Notes under the pieces: generated by a model
The model's input: the letters and a program-made list of their open reading frames with translations, nothing else
What the model was told of the DNA's origin: nothing
Databases searched by the model: none
Assembly: GCA_053919585.1 (NCBI GenBank)
Contig: CM132791.1
From: Euprymna scolopes
Lineage: Eukaryota
Strand: one strand, 5' to 3'
DNA: 64,000 bases
Program-made: the position numbers and the translations under genes
Shown: positions 24,410-37,673 of the stretch, in pieces
Layout: each line of letters starts with the position of its first letter
Numbering within the stretch: the stretch's first letter is position 1

Positions 24410-26964
24410 TATATATTTAAGCCGTTTCTTCTAGTACCATGCGTTGTATCATGTTTATGTTCTTCTTGAATCCATTCTCATAAAAATATTTTTCAGTTTT
24501 TTTAGAACTATTACCAGCGTTCCCTGGTTATTACATGATTAAAGTAATTTTTATACACATTTCCTATTGCTTACATCTCTTTATAAATTCAAGCTTTTCT
24601 ACCTTCGTGATTTGCATCCGGTGAACCGATGAAATAGCGAAATGCATGATTTCTTGTTTACTGTTATCACCTCCAGTCTCCTTTCTTAGATGAGTTTAAT
24701 CATATTTATTGTCTTCTGCTTATAGGTTATCAAAAGGTGCTTAAAACATGACCAAAAACGTCACATTGAAATTTTAAAAAATTTAATCAAATTAAAATTA
24801 TATAAAATTACATAAAATTTAGTAAACTTTTCAAATTTTTAGCAAATATAAATTGCTAGCAACTATACACATCGTTGTCAGGAAATAGTTAAACACGCAT
24901 CTGCTTCAATATTCCCATTCCGGAATCTCATTGTTGCGCTGTTATTAGGCTTTAGATTACGACGACAGTAGCATCTTTGAAAAGTGGCAAGAGCAATGCT
25001 AACAATTAGTATAAATTGTTTAAACAAGTTATTTTATAGCGAGGGAAGAAAACGAAGCATATTAAACGGTTGTGCATGCATATTAAAATGTGAATAAATT
25101 AAACATTAAGGAATAAGTCACCAGCGAGCAAATGCTAACTTAACATGAACAGGGTCAATCAAGGAAAACATGATTAAAAAACAAGAAAGTTATATAACTA
25201 CAAATTTACAAAAAAGATGAAAGTCATTTTTAGTCAGAAATATTTATTTGGGAAAGCAGTTCGTGCTTTGTTTAAGAATGTCCTGTGAATAAGTGTGATA
25301 AGGATGTGTATGTCTGTATATTTGTTTAATGTGAATATACGCGTAGGAGTAATTTGCGTATATAAGAATTCGGCAACGTGGCACTATATGTATGTATTTT
25401 CACTCCGTTAATATGTGGTGATGATGATGGGATTTTGCGCGAATTTTGAAGTCTTCTATTTTTCATTTCGGCCCCCTCAGACAAGTGATGGATCGATTAT
25501 ACGTTCTTGAGTTGTTCTACGCGCACTAGTGTGAATCTCTTTGCTCTAGGTTGCTTATTCTTTCGTTTGATAAGGGTTTCTCAGTTCGCATTGGATTATT
25601 AAATTGTTAGATTTTGTGTTTAAAACGATTTTTATTAGTTAAAAATATTGAGTTAATATGCTCCTGTAAAAACTTAGTTTGTTTTTTGGAAGTTAAGAGA
25701 AGAGCGTATTCCAACGAAGCGGAAAAAGAAAGAGGGTAGCCATTCAAGCAATTTACTTTTTTTGCGTTTGTTCGAATTGCATATAAATCTCACTGCAACC
25801 ACCTTAGACTAAATAACATGAAACGAATAATGAAACGTAATCGGCTATTTCTGAGATACAAGGAATAAGTCTTTAAATACATTTTCTGTTAATAACAATC
25901 CGGACCACAATCCCAGGTTGAAGTTTGGTGAAAATATAAAATTAATAACTTTCTGAATGAATACAAATTTTACAGAGTTAAAGTTATTTTAATTCATAGG
26001 TATACTCTGATTCTACAATTATTATTTATTCACATTTTAAAATTGCAAGTTTTATTATTTTTTTATAGTGAAAAATAGGGAGTTATTGCAAACTAATTAT
26101 ACTGACAGAAAATAAAAACGCTCAGAATTAGCCAATGAAAATCTTTGCAGAAATATCACTTTCTGTATTTAAGGATTTCATTCAGATAGATCTGATTAAT
26201 TTCAAGGAGCAAAAAAGGCCGAAAGAACCAAGAGTTCTCCATTAAATTTTCTCAGATCTAAATGCTTGTCTATTTGCGAACAACAATGAAAGAAATCATA
26301 ACACAAGTTTGTCTTAAAACAATTAATAAAAACATTTATTTTTCTCTAATTTCTCTAATTTATCATGTAGTTATGAATTTCGTACTTTTTGATCCCAAGT
26401 CAATCTGAAGATAAATATGAAAGCCATTGTTGGATTCTCCGTAAAATTTTATCATAGAAATGTTGTGTATACAGCAGTTAATACATATTTTGTTATCTAC
26501 TGTATAGCAGGAAAGACAGATAGATAGACAAACGAATGGGGGCACCGTAGATAAAGTCTGAGACTTGTAGACTCTCCAGCATAAAGTATTTCCACAAAAT
26601 AAGGATCTTCATCTTTAGTTGTATAAGCTATGTTTTCACACAGCTTTCGGGTGTCAATATGCTTTCCGTCGCAGTGAAGTATTTTGTAACTTGGTCTCTT
26701 ACACCTTTAAAAGGAATAAAGACCTCCATCCATCCAGCCAGCCATCCAGCGCGGCCGTAGCCAATATTGAACTCACTACACGAGTTTGTAGTGTAATTCA
26801 AATCTTGTCGGTAGCTGAATACTTGATGTTTCACCAGGGCTATCAAGAGTAGTTTTTATCGTGACGCCATCACTAGATGGGGTGCCTACCACGTTTTAAA
26901 AGAGTCCCATATACCTTTGGGAGAAGGATAGACCGCGCCAGTTTCTCAACCTCGTATTTTTACC

Positions 26965-27070
26965 TCGTATGGCCTTCCCAAATGGTCACTCATCTGGTAC
27001 TGGCCAGACTCATCGTTGCTTACCTTCAGTGATATAGCGAGAACCGGTGTGTCAACTTTATTGTGCCGTA
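26965..27070 (-). mobile_element. 5S rRNA-derived SINE head (duplicate at ~36658-36763)
   Basis: Minus strand TACGGCACAAT..CACCGGTTCTCGCTATATCACTGAAGGTAAGCAACG..GGCCAGTACCAGATGAGTGACCATTTGGGAA, a diverged 5S sequence. Confidence 0.75.
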
Positions 27071-27132
27071 TATAACCATCCTTCCCCAAATCTGATTTCA
27101 ATAAGATCTAAAGCAAAAATAATACACACAAT

Positions 27133-27185
<53 letters not shown>

Positions 27186-27241
27186 GAAGAAAGCAAAAGA
27201 GGGGAAGATAAAGAGAAGGATAGAGAAAAATAACAGAGATT

Positions 27242-27289
<48 letters not shown>

Positions 27290-27436
27290 CTAATTATATA
27301 GATTCTTAAAATAGGAAGTAGAAAAAAAAATCTCTCGCATGTATGAAACTAATTTCACTAAATTTAATAATAAGTTTAATCCGAAGTCCCTAATCTGTGT
27401 AACGTATGTGTAACCCTAATATGTGTAACGTATATA

Positions 27437-27938
27437 CGAGAGACGCTCCAAAATAAGCTCTCCTATTTTTATTCCGCCTGAATGGAGTAGAAGAAATTCT
27501 AAATTGCCTTATTATGATGACTTAACTTATGCATTTAAAACCAAAATATTTTATCTATCTGTTACAGATATTGCCGGTGTGAGACTTTAAGAAAGAAAGC
27601 CTTGTCAAAGACGTACGTCAGAAGCAGAGATGCGTCATTGAACTTCTCCATGATGAAAAATTGAACCGATCAGCATTCATCGACGTCTGTTAAACGTTTA
27701 GGATTTAGGAGATGATTGCGTCGATTTCAGAATGGCGATAGAGATGAGAGTGACAAAGTGCGCTGAAGCATCAAAGAGGCCGTGAAAGTACATTGATCAT
27801 GGTGGTGACTATGTAGAAAAATATATTCTGGAGCACAAAAGCTCGCCCGTTTTAACGGTACCACTCCCGTCTTCGTAGCTCTTGAACGCTTTAGATTTTG
27901 AGTAAAAATAGGAGACCTTATTGATGGAACAAGCCTCG
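27437..27938 (+). mobile_element. Internally deleted mariner element (duplicate at 37134-37635)
   Basis: Imperfect TIRs CGAGAGACGCTCCAAAATAAGCTCTCCTATTTTTA / TAAAAATAGGAGACCTTATTGATGGAACAAGCCTCG. Remnants KQRCVIELL..IEPISIHRRLLNV and KYIDHGGDYVEK; same family as 11071-12154. Confidence 0.85.
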
Positions 27939-27942
27939 AATG

Positions 27943-27976
<34 letters not shown>

Positions 27977-28052
27977 TATATGTATGTATATATATATATA
28001 TATGTATGTATCTATGATTGTTTGTATGTATGCATGTTTGTATGTTTATATA

Positions 28053-28280
28053 TACGGCATAATCACATTGACACCGGTTCTCATCAGATCACCAAAGCTA
28101 AGCAACTAGTACCAGATGGATGACCAATTGGGAATTCTCGGCGCTGTATGTGCTCGATGCTTATCTCGGCAATGTTTCCAGTCGCCAGGAACCTCCAATT
28201 TCACCTGGTATTTAACAACGCCAACTCAGGAGATGTATGGTTGGGATTGCGCAACTCTTGCCGCAAAAATTCCTTGCGAG
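28053..28280 (+). mobile_element. 5S rRNA-derived SINE (SINE3-type; duplicate at ~37752-37979)
   Basis: TACGGCATAATCACATTGACACCGGTTCTCATCAGATCACCAAAGCTAAGCAA..TAGTACCAGATGGATGACC..TGGGAATTCTCGGCGCTGTA is a 5S-like head. The body is shared with 45850-46123. Confidence 0.82.
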
Positions 28281-29450
28281 TGAACATTGTTATACGAAGC
28301 AATTATTGTATATGTGTAGGAAATAATTGTGAAATCTGACAGTATATAAGCAAAAATCACAAACCGATACGTTTTCGTTTGTATATCTTCTTTTGTCTTT
28401 ATTCTGTTTCATTACTTACCAAAACTTACACAAGTTTAGCATCGTTTAATTTATCGATGTTATCGTTTTTTTATTCTTGTTGTCTATGGAAGTCGAGTAG
28501 ATGGGTTGATCAAAGATTCATTCGAAGGTGGCATAAGTTTTTGTGAAGTACGTTCGAGTCAAGTAATATAGTCTCGCTTTCAGTTTGTGAATGTCAGCCA
28601 AGATTATCCATCAATTGATGCAGGTGGGACGCTAAATGAAGGGACTGACGTTTATATCGTTTTGGATTTGAAACCACGGCACAATGGACGTCAGAAAGTG
28701 GCAAAAAGTGAGAGTTACATCTTACAAGATAGCTGTACGTGTACAAATAAGTAAACAAATAAATATTCTCTGAGATAATACACACACACATACACACACA
28801 CAAATATATATATATATAATGAAAGATAGATAAACAAATAAGGAGAAATAGAGATAGAGTACGCGTGTGTGTGAGTTTGAGAGAGATGAATACATAACAC
28901 ACAAGAGAAGCAAACACCTCGTGAAAAATAGAACAAAAAATGCGAGCAGAGCAATATGTGCATAAGCTTAAATCAACACTCACTCTCTCACTAATATATT
29001 TAAAAAAAATTAAAATCACTCCAGACAAGGTGTGAAGCCACTTAATGTAAGATGCTAACAAGAACGAACTATGATTAACACAAAGAGAGGATATGCCTAT
29101 TGATCTTAGTCTTTGAAAGACGAATACTGTAGATAGNNNNNNNNNNNNNNNNNNNNNNNNNNNNNNNNNNNNNNNNNNNNNNNNNNNNNNNNNNNNNNNN
29201 NNNNNNNNNNNNNNNNNNNNNNNNNNNNNNNNNNNNNNNNNNNNNNNNNNNNNNNNNNNNNNNNNNNNNNNNNNTAACATCTTTACTTCAAGACCAATGG
29301 CTATTAACGCAAAAATTGAAGGAAATTAAGTGCCTATAAATACTATGTCGGCAGGCATTAATATTAAACGGTCGGAAAGTTTTCAACGACTGAAAGTCGG
29401 AATGCTGCATTCATGTAACAGTTAACTGCTATTTTCTTTATTCCTTAAAC

Positions 29451-29496
<46 letters not shown>

Positions 29497-29499
<3 letters not shown>

Positions 29500-29703
29500 G
29501 GTGACCCCCCCCCCAAAAAAAAAAACGCTAAATGGAGGCCATCTAGAAAATATGCTGAAGAACGGAAAAAAGGCTAAAGACCCTAGTGTTTTGATGTGAT
29601 GTTTTTGATATAATAAACTAGTTATGACAAAAGGTTCATTTCAATCGGACAAAACAATAAGAAACGGCCTTAATTATAGTTGAGGCCCGTTTTTTTCTGG
29701 GTC

Positions 29704-29709
<6 letters not shown>
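29497..29709. mobile_element. Tc1/mariner-type MITE inside (TA)n (duplicate at 39194-39402)
   Basis: TIRs CAGGGTGACCC...GGGTCACCCT(A). A homologous copy sits in the opposite orientation at 57410-57619. Confidence 0.85.
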
Positions 29710-29752
<43 letters not shown>

Positions 29753-30769
29753 TGTTTTGTACTATGTTTGCTGGCCAAATTTTGTTTTTAGTATCAGCGA
29801 TTAATCGTTATAGTTTCTGTGTATGTTGTGAAAAATATTTGTCGGTATGTTTCATTGGATGATTTTTTTCCTGGTGTTCACTTACATTACTTACATTTTC
29901 TTTATTCCTATAAGTTTCAGTTACGATAATCATCTGCTTTTGAGAATGTATCTTGGTTACTCTGCAAACTTCTCTGTCGTTATATTTTTGGCAGTTGATT
30001 TGCTGCATAGTTTCCTCCTTCGATTCAGAGAGACACGTTGTAATAGTGTTTCATCATTAGAGAATATATCCATTTTTGGTTTGTGTCTTTTACTTAGTTG
30101 TATTAATTTTGCATTAATTATCATTTTGACTCATTTGGTCTGTAATATTTTTATACAAAGAGAGTAGAGAATGGATATTAGCCTCCAAACTCTTGCTTCC
30201 CTTTCCTTATTTTAGTCACCTAGTCCTCACATTCCATGAGCGCTGTTTCTAACAAAAGGGAGAGGAAGAATTACTGTTTCTTTGGTTCAAATCTATTCTT
30301 TTAAGTTGAACTATTTTAGTTTCTTAAATCAAGCGAATAAGCGATTTCCAAAAAAACAAACAAAAAACAATGAAATGAGAAGGGCCAATATTCGCTGGAT
30401 GCCGAGCAAGTTCCGCATCAAGGAATCACCTACCAATCATGATGTGACCGGATCCCTTGCCAAGAGACCTTTCTGTCATGTAAAAGGCAAACTTCGATTA
30501 CGGAACCAAAGTGATCCGCTTTCCTGGTCTGCGGTAACCAAACTATGACCCATCCTCGTCAACGCAGGTTGGTTGTGCTGATCGGCCTTTCATTCGTAGC
30601 CGGCGCATATTAAGTTCTCGTGTGTCAGGGTCGATATGCCGCCATCTCGCTGGTCGGTCGCCCACTAAGGAAAAAGAAACAATAATTCACAATTCGCGAT
30701 AGGAAGCGCTCAATACACAGAGAAAGGAAACAAACTCAGCTCTTCTAGCCTACTGATTAATTCAAACAA

Positions 30770-30815
<46 letters not shown>

Positions 30816-31269
30816 TATATATATATATGTACAGTTCACAAATATAAAGTTCATATAATTGATAATTAGTCATTAGGCTTTTCCTTTTCTTTCTCTTCTT
30901 GGTAGTGCGGCTTAATAATATCGGGCGTCGTGAAAAGGGGGGTTACGCGATCACTTCAAGTTCTTCTCCGAAATCAACTCTCGGACTCCAAAACTTAATT
31001 CAGAACTCTAGAAACAAACTCACTCTGACTCTTTCCGGCTCTGCACATGATTATAAAGTCCGGGGCAGGGTAACATGAGGTGGTTCGCCCAACCAATCAA
31101 CTACGACAACGTCACTTCTTCGCACCTGGAAATGTCGCAAGCTATTACCAGGCCCCTAGGGTCACGCTGATCCCTAAGTCAGATGACTGTAATCGAAGTG
31201 TAAGATTCGTTCTCCAATATTTCGCATTATTTTGCAGTCATTCACCACATATGTGTTCGTTCGACCTTT

Positions 31270-33715
31270 AAAATGACATTGCTGTTGACAGATAATCAAA
31301 AATGGCATTGCTGTTGAAAGATAATCAAAAATGACATTGCTGTTGACAGATAATCAAAAATGACATTGCTGTTGACAGATAATTAAAAAATGACATTGCT
31401 GTTGACAGATAATCAAAAATGACATTGCTGTTGACAGATAATCAAAAATGACATTGCTGTTGACAGATAATCAAAAATGACATTGCTGTTGACAGATAAT
31501 CAAAAATGACATTGCTGTTGACAGATAATCAAAAATGACATTGCTGTTGACAGATAATCAAAAATGACATTGCTGTTGAAAGATAATCAAAAATGACATT
31601 GCTGTTGACAGATAATCAAAAATGACATTGCTGTTGACAGATAATCAAAAATGACATTGCTGTTGAAAGATAATCAAAAATGACATTGCCGTTGACAGAT
31701 AATTAAAAAATGACATTGCTGTTGACAGATAATCAAAAATGACATTGCTGTTGACAGATAATCAAAAATGACATTGCTGTTGACAGATAATCAAAAATGA
31801 CATTGCTGTTGACAGATAATCAAAAATGACATTGCTGTTGACAGATAATCAAAAATGACATTGCTGTTGACAGATAATTAAAAAATGACATTGCTGTTGA
31901 CAGATAATCAAAAATGACATTGCTGTTGACAGATAATCAAAAATTACATTGCTGTTGACAGATAATCAAAAATGACATTGCTGTTGGCAGATAATCAAAA
32001 ATGACATTGCTGTTGAAAGATAATCAAAAATGACATTGCTGTTGACAGATAATCAAAAATGGCATTGCTGTTGACAGATAATCAAAAATGACATTGCTGT
32101 TGACAGATAATCAAAAATGACATTGCTGTTGACAGATAATCAAAAATGACATTGCTGTTGACAGATAATCAAAAATGACATTACTGTTGACAGATAATCA
32201 AAAATGACATTGCTGTTGACAGATAATCAAAAATGACATTGCTGTTGACAGATAATCAAAAATGGCATTGCTGTTGACAGATAATCAAAAATGACATTGC
32301 TGTTGACAGATAATCAAAAATGACATTGCTGTTGACAGATAATCAAAAATGACTTTGCTGTTGACAGATAATCAAAAATGACATTACTGTTGACAGATAA
32401 TCAAAAATGACATTGCTGTTGACAGATAATCAAAAATGACATTGCTGTTGACAGATAATCAAAAATGGCATTGCTGTTGACAGATAATCAAAAATGACAT
32501 TGCTGTTGACAGATAATCAAAAATGACATTGCTGTTGACAGATAATCAAAAATGACTTTGCTGTTGACAGATAATCAAAAATGACATTGCTGTTGACAGA
32601 TAATCAAAAATGACATTGCTGTTGACAGATAATCAAAAATGACATTGCTGTTGACAGATAATCAAAAATGACATTTCTGTTGACAGATAATCAAAAATGA
32701 CATTGCTGTTAACAGATAATCAAAAATGACATTGCTGTTGACAGATAATCAAAAAGGACATTGCTGTTGACAGATAATCAAAAATGACATTGCTTTTGAC
32801 AGATAATCAAAAATGACATTGCTGTTGACAGATAATCAAAAATGACATTGCTGTTGACAGATAATCAAAAATGACATTGCTGTTGACAGATAATCAAAAA
32901 TGACATTGCTGTTGACAGATAATCAAAAATGACATTGCTGTTGACAGATAATCAAAAATGACATTGCTGTTGACAGATAATCAAAAATGACATTGCTGTT
33001 GACAGATAATCAAAAATGACATTGCTGTTGACAGATAATCAAAAATGACATTGCTGTGTACAGATAATCAAAAATGGCATTGCTGTTGACAGATAATCAA
33101 AAATGACATTGCTGTTGACAGATAATCAAAAATGACATTGCTGTTGACAGATAATCAAAAATGACATTGCTGTTGACAGATAATCAAAAATGACATTGCT
33201 GTTGACAGATAATCAAAAATGACATTGCTGTTGACAGATAATCAAAAATGACATTGCTGTTGACAGATAATCAAAAATGACATTGCTGTTGACAGATAAT
33301 CAAAAATGGCATTGCTGTGTACAGATAATCAAAAATGACATTGCTGTTGACAGATAATCAAAAATGACATTGCTGTTGACAGATAATCAAAAATGACTTT
33401 GCTGTTGACAGATAATCAAAAATGACATTGCTGTTGACAGATAATCAAAAATGACATTGCTGTTGACAGATAATCAAAAATGACATTGCTGTTGACAGAT
33501 AATCAAAAATGACATTGCTGTTGACAGATAATCAAAAATGACATTGCTGTTGACAGATAATCAAAAATGACATTGCTGTTGACAGATAATCAAAAATGAC
33601 ATTGCTGTTGACAGATAATCAAAAATGACATTGCTGTTGACAGATAATCAAAAATGACATTGCTGTTGACAGATAATCAAAAATGACATTGCTGTTGACA
33701 GATAATCAAAAATGA
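31270..33715. repeat. 29-bp minisatellite, ~84 units
   Basis: Consensus AAAAATGACATTGCTGTTGACAGATAATC, head-to-tail with no spacers and sporadic single-base variants. Confidence 0.99.
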
Positions 33716-34177
33716 TCAAAACACAATTACTTATTATTTGAACATTTTCCCTCAGCAGGGATTTTTGCTGTCGCCCGAGCACACTAATTTTAATGAAGAG
33801 TTACGTATGCCCGTTTTTATAAGGAACATTTATTTTCCGCTCCCTCCCTTTGAGAGCCCAACCGCCCTTTTGGTCGGTCATGTCACATTAACACGCATTC
33901 TTTTGTTACACGTTTGTTACACGTTGGCCTTGTGCCTAAATTTTTTGTTCATTGTTTTTTGTATTTTTATATTTTAATGCGAATAAAAGATTTGATATCT
34001 CAAAGTTTTCTGATGCTTCACTTGTAAGTAATTGTAAGTAATTGTAAGTAATTGCTCCTCGGTCAATGTAGAGGAAAAACTTCATACTGAGACAATTACT
34101 ATTTATTCGAATACTGCCAGAATGATCCATTTTGTGAGGAGCTGGTTTTCCCCATATTAAAAACGAGCTTGTGTCTA

Positions 34178-34589
34178 CAGAGTGGTCAAAAAGTCAGGTA
34201 ACATTTTAAAGAAAAACGATATTAGCAATACACATATATTTAAGTACCATACATTGAAATATAAAATGAAACAAACATGAAATATGTTTATTTTGTTAAT
34301 TGTCGTCCATTTATCTCTATCAATCGTTGGAAGCGATTAACCACTGATTGTGTAACACGTGTAATCATGTCAGCTGATATCCGTGCAATCTCCTCTTCAA
34401 TAAATAACTTTAAAGACGCTATTGTATCAGGCTTCTTGCCATAAACGCTATCCTTTACATAGCCCCAAAGCCAGAAATCAGGAGGGGTAAGATCCGAAGA
34501 TCTGGCTGGCCATTCAACTGGGCCACGGCGACCAATCCATCGTTGGTTTTTCTACCTTTAACATGTTACCTGACTTTTTGACCACCCTG
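34178..34589 (-). mobile_element. Internally deleted Tc1/mariner-superfamily element (DD41D/maT-like transposase C-terminus)
   Basis: TA|CAGAGTGGTCAAAAAGTCAGGTAACAT...ATGTTACCTGACTTTTTGACCACCCTG|TA. Minus strand reads WIGRRGPVEWPARSSDLTPPDFWLWGYVKDSVYGKKPDTIASLK...NRFQRLIEINGRQLTK*. Confidence 0.92.
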
Positions 34590-36825
34590 TAATTTGCTTT
34601 CATGCGGAAGCAAATAAATTCCTTACCTGACCCCCGGCCAGGTTTAAAAGCAACGTTCATTTCTGCGCATGCGTGGCGACTCCTATGATTCTAAAGTTAG
34701 TTACCCATTTATTGAATTCACTATCTTCTTTGTCCTACTGGTTTGCGAGGAAGACCTTTCGAGTTCGAGCCCACCTCTCTATTTCTTTCTTTTTTATTTT
34801 TTTTATTTCGTCCTTCTGCCAATATTTTCCACCCGGGCAAAAGTTAATTACCAACTCATTGAATTCACTATCCTCTTTGGTCTAATGGTTAGCGCTGAAA
34901 ATGAATACCCATCTCCCTCTATGTGTTTTTTTTTAAACCAGTCCTTAATATGAAAAAATAGTCTTTCACATGTATGACAACAAAAATCCGAAGACCAGTG
35001 CACCTATCACACTCAGATCTAGCATCTTACCTATTAATGTCTAAAACCTTCTATCGACATATTCGGCAACGTGGCACTATATGTATGTATTTTCACTCCG
35101 TTAATATGTGGTGATGATGATGGGATTTTGCGCGAATTTTGAAGTCTTCTATTTTTCATTTCGGCCCCCTCAGACAAGTGATGGATCGATTATACGTTCT
35201 TGAGTTGTTCTACGCGCACTAGTGTGAATCTCTTTGCTCTAGGTTGCTTATTCTTTCGTTTGATAAGGGTTTCTCAGTTCGCATTGGATTATTAAATTGT
35301 TAGATTTTGTGTTTAAAACGATTTTTATTAGTTAAAAATATTGAGTTAATATGCTCCTGTAAAAACTTAGTTTGTTTTTTGGAAGTTAAGAGAAGAGCGT
35401 ATTCCAACGAAGCGGAAAAAGAAAGAGGGTAGCCATTCAAGCAATTTACTTTTTTTGCGTTTGTTCGAATTGCATATAAATCTCACTGCAACCACCTTAG
35501 ACTAAATAACATGAAACGAATAATGAAACGTAATCGGCTATTTCTGAGATACAAGGAATAAGTCTTTAAATACATTTTCTGTTAATAACAATCCGGACCA
35601 CAATCCCAGGTTGAAGTTTGGTGAAAATATAAAATTAATAACTTTCTGAATGAATACAAATTTTACAGAGTTAAAGTTATTTTAATTCATAGGTATACTC
35701 TGATTCTACAATTATTATTTATTCACATTTTAAAATTGCAAGTTTTATTATTTTTTTATAGTGAAAAATAGGGAGTTATTGCAAACTAATTATACTGACA
35801 GAAAATAAAAACGCTCAGAATTAGCCAATGAAAATCTTTGCAGAAATATCACTTTCTGTATTTAAGGATTTCATTCAGATAGATCTGATTAATTTCAAGG
35901 AGCAAAAAAGGCCGAAAGAACCAAGAGTTCTCCATTAAATTTTCTCAGATCTAAATGCTTGTCTATTTGCGAACAACAATGAAAGAAATCATAACACAAG
36001 TTTGTCTTAAAACAATTAATAAAAACATTTATTTTTCTCTAATTTCTCTAATTTATCATGTAGTTATGAATTTCGTACTTTTTGATCCCAAGTCAATCTG
36101 AAGATAAATATGAAAGCCATTGTTGGATTCTCCGTAAAATTTTATCATAGAAATGTTGTGTATACAGCAGTTAATACATATTTTGTTATCTACTGTATAG
36201 CAGGAAAGACAGATAGATAGACAAACGAATGGGGGCACCGTAGATAAAGTCTGAGACTTGTAGACTCTCCAGCATAAAGTATTTCCACAAAATAAGGATC
36301 TTCATCTTTAGTTGTATAAGCTATGTTTTCACACAGCTTTCGGGTGTCAATATGCTTTCCGTCGCAGTGAAGTATTTTGTAACTTGGTCTCTTACACCTT
36401 TAAAAGGAATAAAGACCTCCATCCATCCAGCCAGCCATCCAGCGCGGCCGTAGCCAATATTGAACTCACTACACGAGTTTGTAGTGTAATTCAAATCTTG
36501 TCGGTAGCTGAATACTTGATGTTTCACCAGGGCTATCAAGAGTAGTTTTTATCGTGACGCCATCACTAGATGGGGTGCCTACCACGTTTTAAAAGAGTCC
36601 CATATACCTTTGGGAGAAGGATAGACCGCGCCAGTTTCTCAACCTCGTATTTTTACCTCGTATGGCCTTCCCAAATGGTCACTCATCTGGTACTGGCCAG
36701 ACTCATCGTTGCTTACCTTCAGTGATATAGCGAGAACCGGTGTGTCAACTTTATTGTGCCGTATATAACCATCCTTCCCCAAATCTGATTTCAATAAGAT
36801 CTAAAGCAAAAATAATACACACAAT

Positions 36826-36880
<55 letters not shown>

Positions 36881-36936
36881 GAAGAAAGCAAAAGAGGGGA
36901 AGATAAAGAGAAGGATAGAGAAAAATAACAGAGATT

Positions 36937-36986
<50 letters not shown>

Positions 36987-37639
36987 CTAATTATATAGAT
37001 TCTTAAAATAGGAAGTAGAAAAAAAAATCTCTCGCATGTATGAAACTAATTTCACTAAATTTAATAATAAGTTTAATCCGAAGTCCCTAATCTGTGTAAC
37101 GTATGTGTAACCCTAATATGTGTAACGTATATACGAGAGACGCTCCAAAATAAGCTCTCCTATTTTTATTCCGCCTGAATGGAGTAGAAGAAATTCTAAA
37201 TTGCCTTATTATGATGACTTAACTTATGCATTTAAAACCAAAATATTTTATCTATCTGTTACAGATATTGCCGGTGTGAGACTTTAAGAAAGAAAGCCTT
37301 GTCAAAGACGTACGTCAGAAGCAGAGATGCGTCATTGAACTTCTCCATGATGAAAAATTGAACCGATCAGCATTCATCGACGTCTGTTAAACGTTTAGGA
37401 TTTAGGAGATGATTGCGTCGATTTCAGAATGGCGATAGAGATGAGAGTGACAAAGTGCGCTGAAGCATCAAAGAGGCCGTGAAAGTACATTGATCATGGT
37501 GGTGACTATGTAGAAAAATATATTCTGGAGCACAAAAGCTCGCCCGTTTTAACGGTACCACTCCCGTCTTCGTAGCTCTTGAACGCTTTAGATTTTGAGT
37601 AAAAATAGGAGACCTTATTGATGGAACAAGCCTCGAATG

Positions 37640-37673
<34 letters not shown>

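Larger units (their letters stand above)
25368..35060 (+). repeat. Tandem segmental duplication, copy 1 (~9.69 kb)
   Basis: Begins ATTCGGCAACGTGGCAC, which recurs at 35061. Identical ORFs recur at an offset of 9693-9699. Confidence 0.98.

Noticed and set aside
28053-28148. Functional 5S rRNA gene
   Set aside because: It has an internal deletion and substitutions, lacks a T-run terminator, and continues into a shared SINE body.
28594-29280. 228-aa ORF
   Set aside because: It spans an N-run and microsatellites, with no recognisable domain.
31270-33715. CRISPR array (29-bp repeats)
   Set aside because: Units are contiguous with no unique spacers, there are no cas genes, and the context is eukaryotic.
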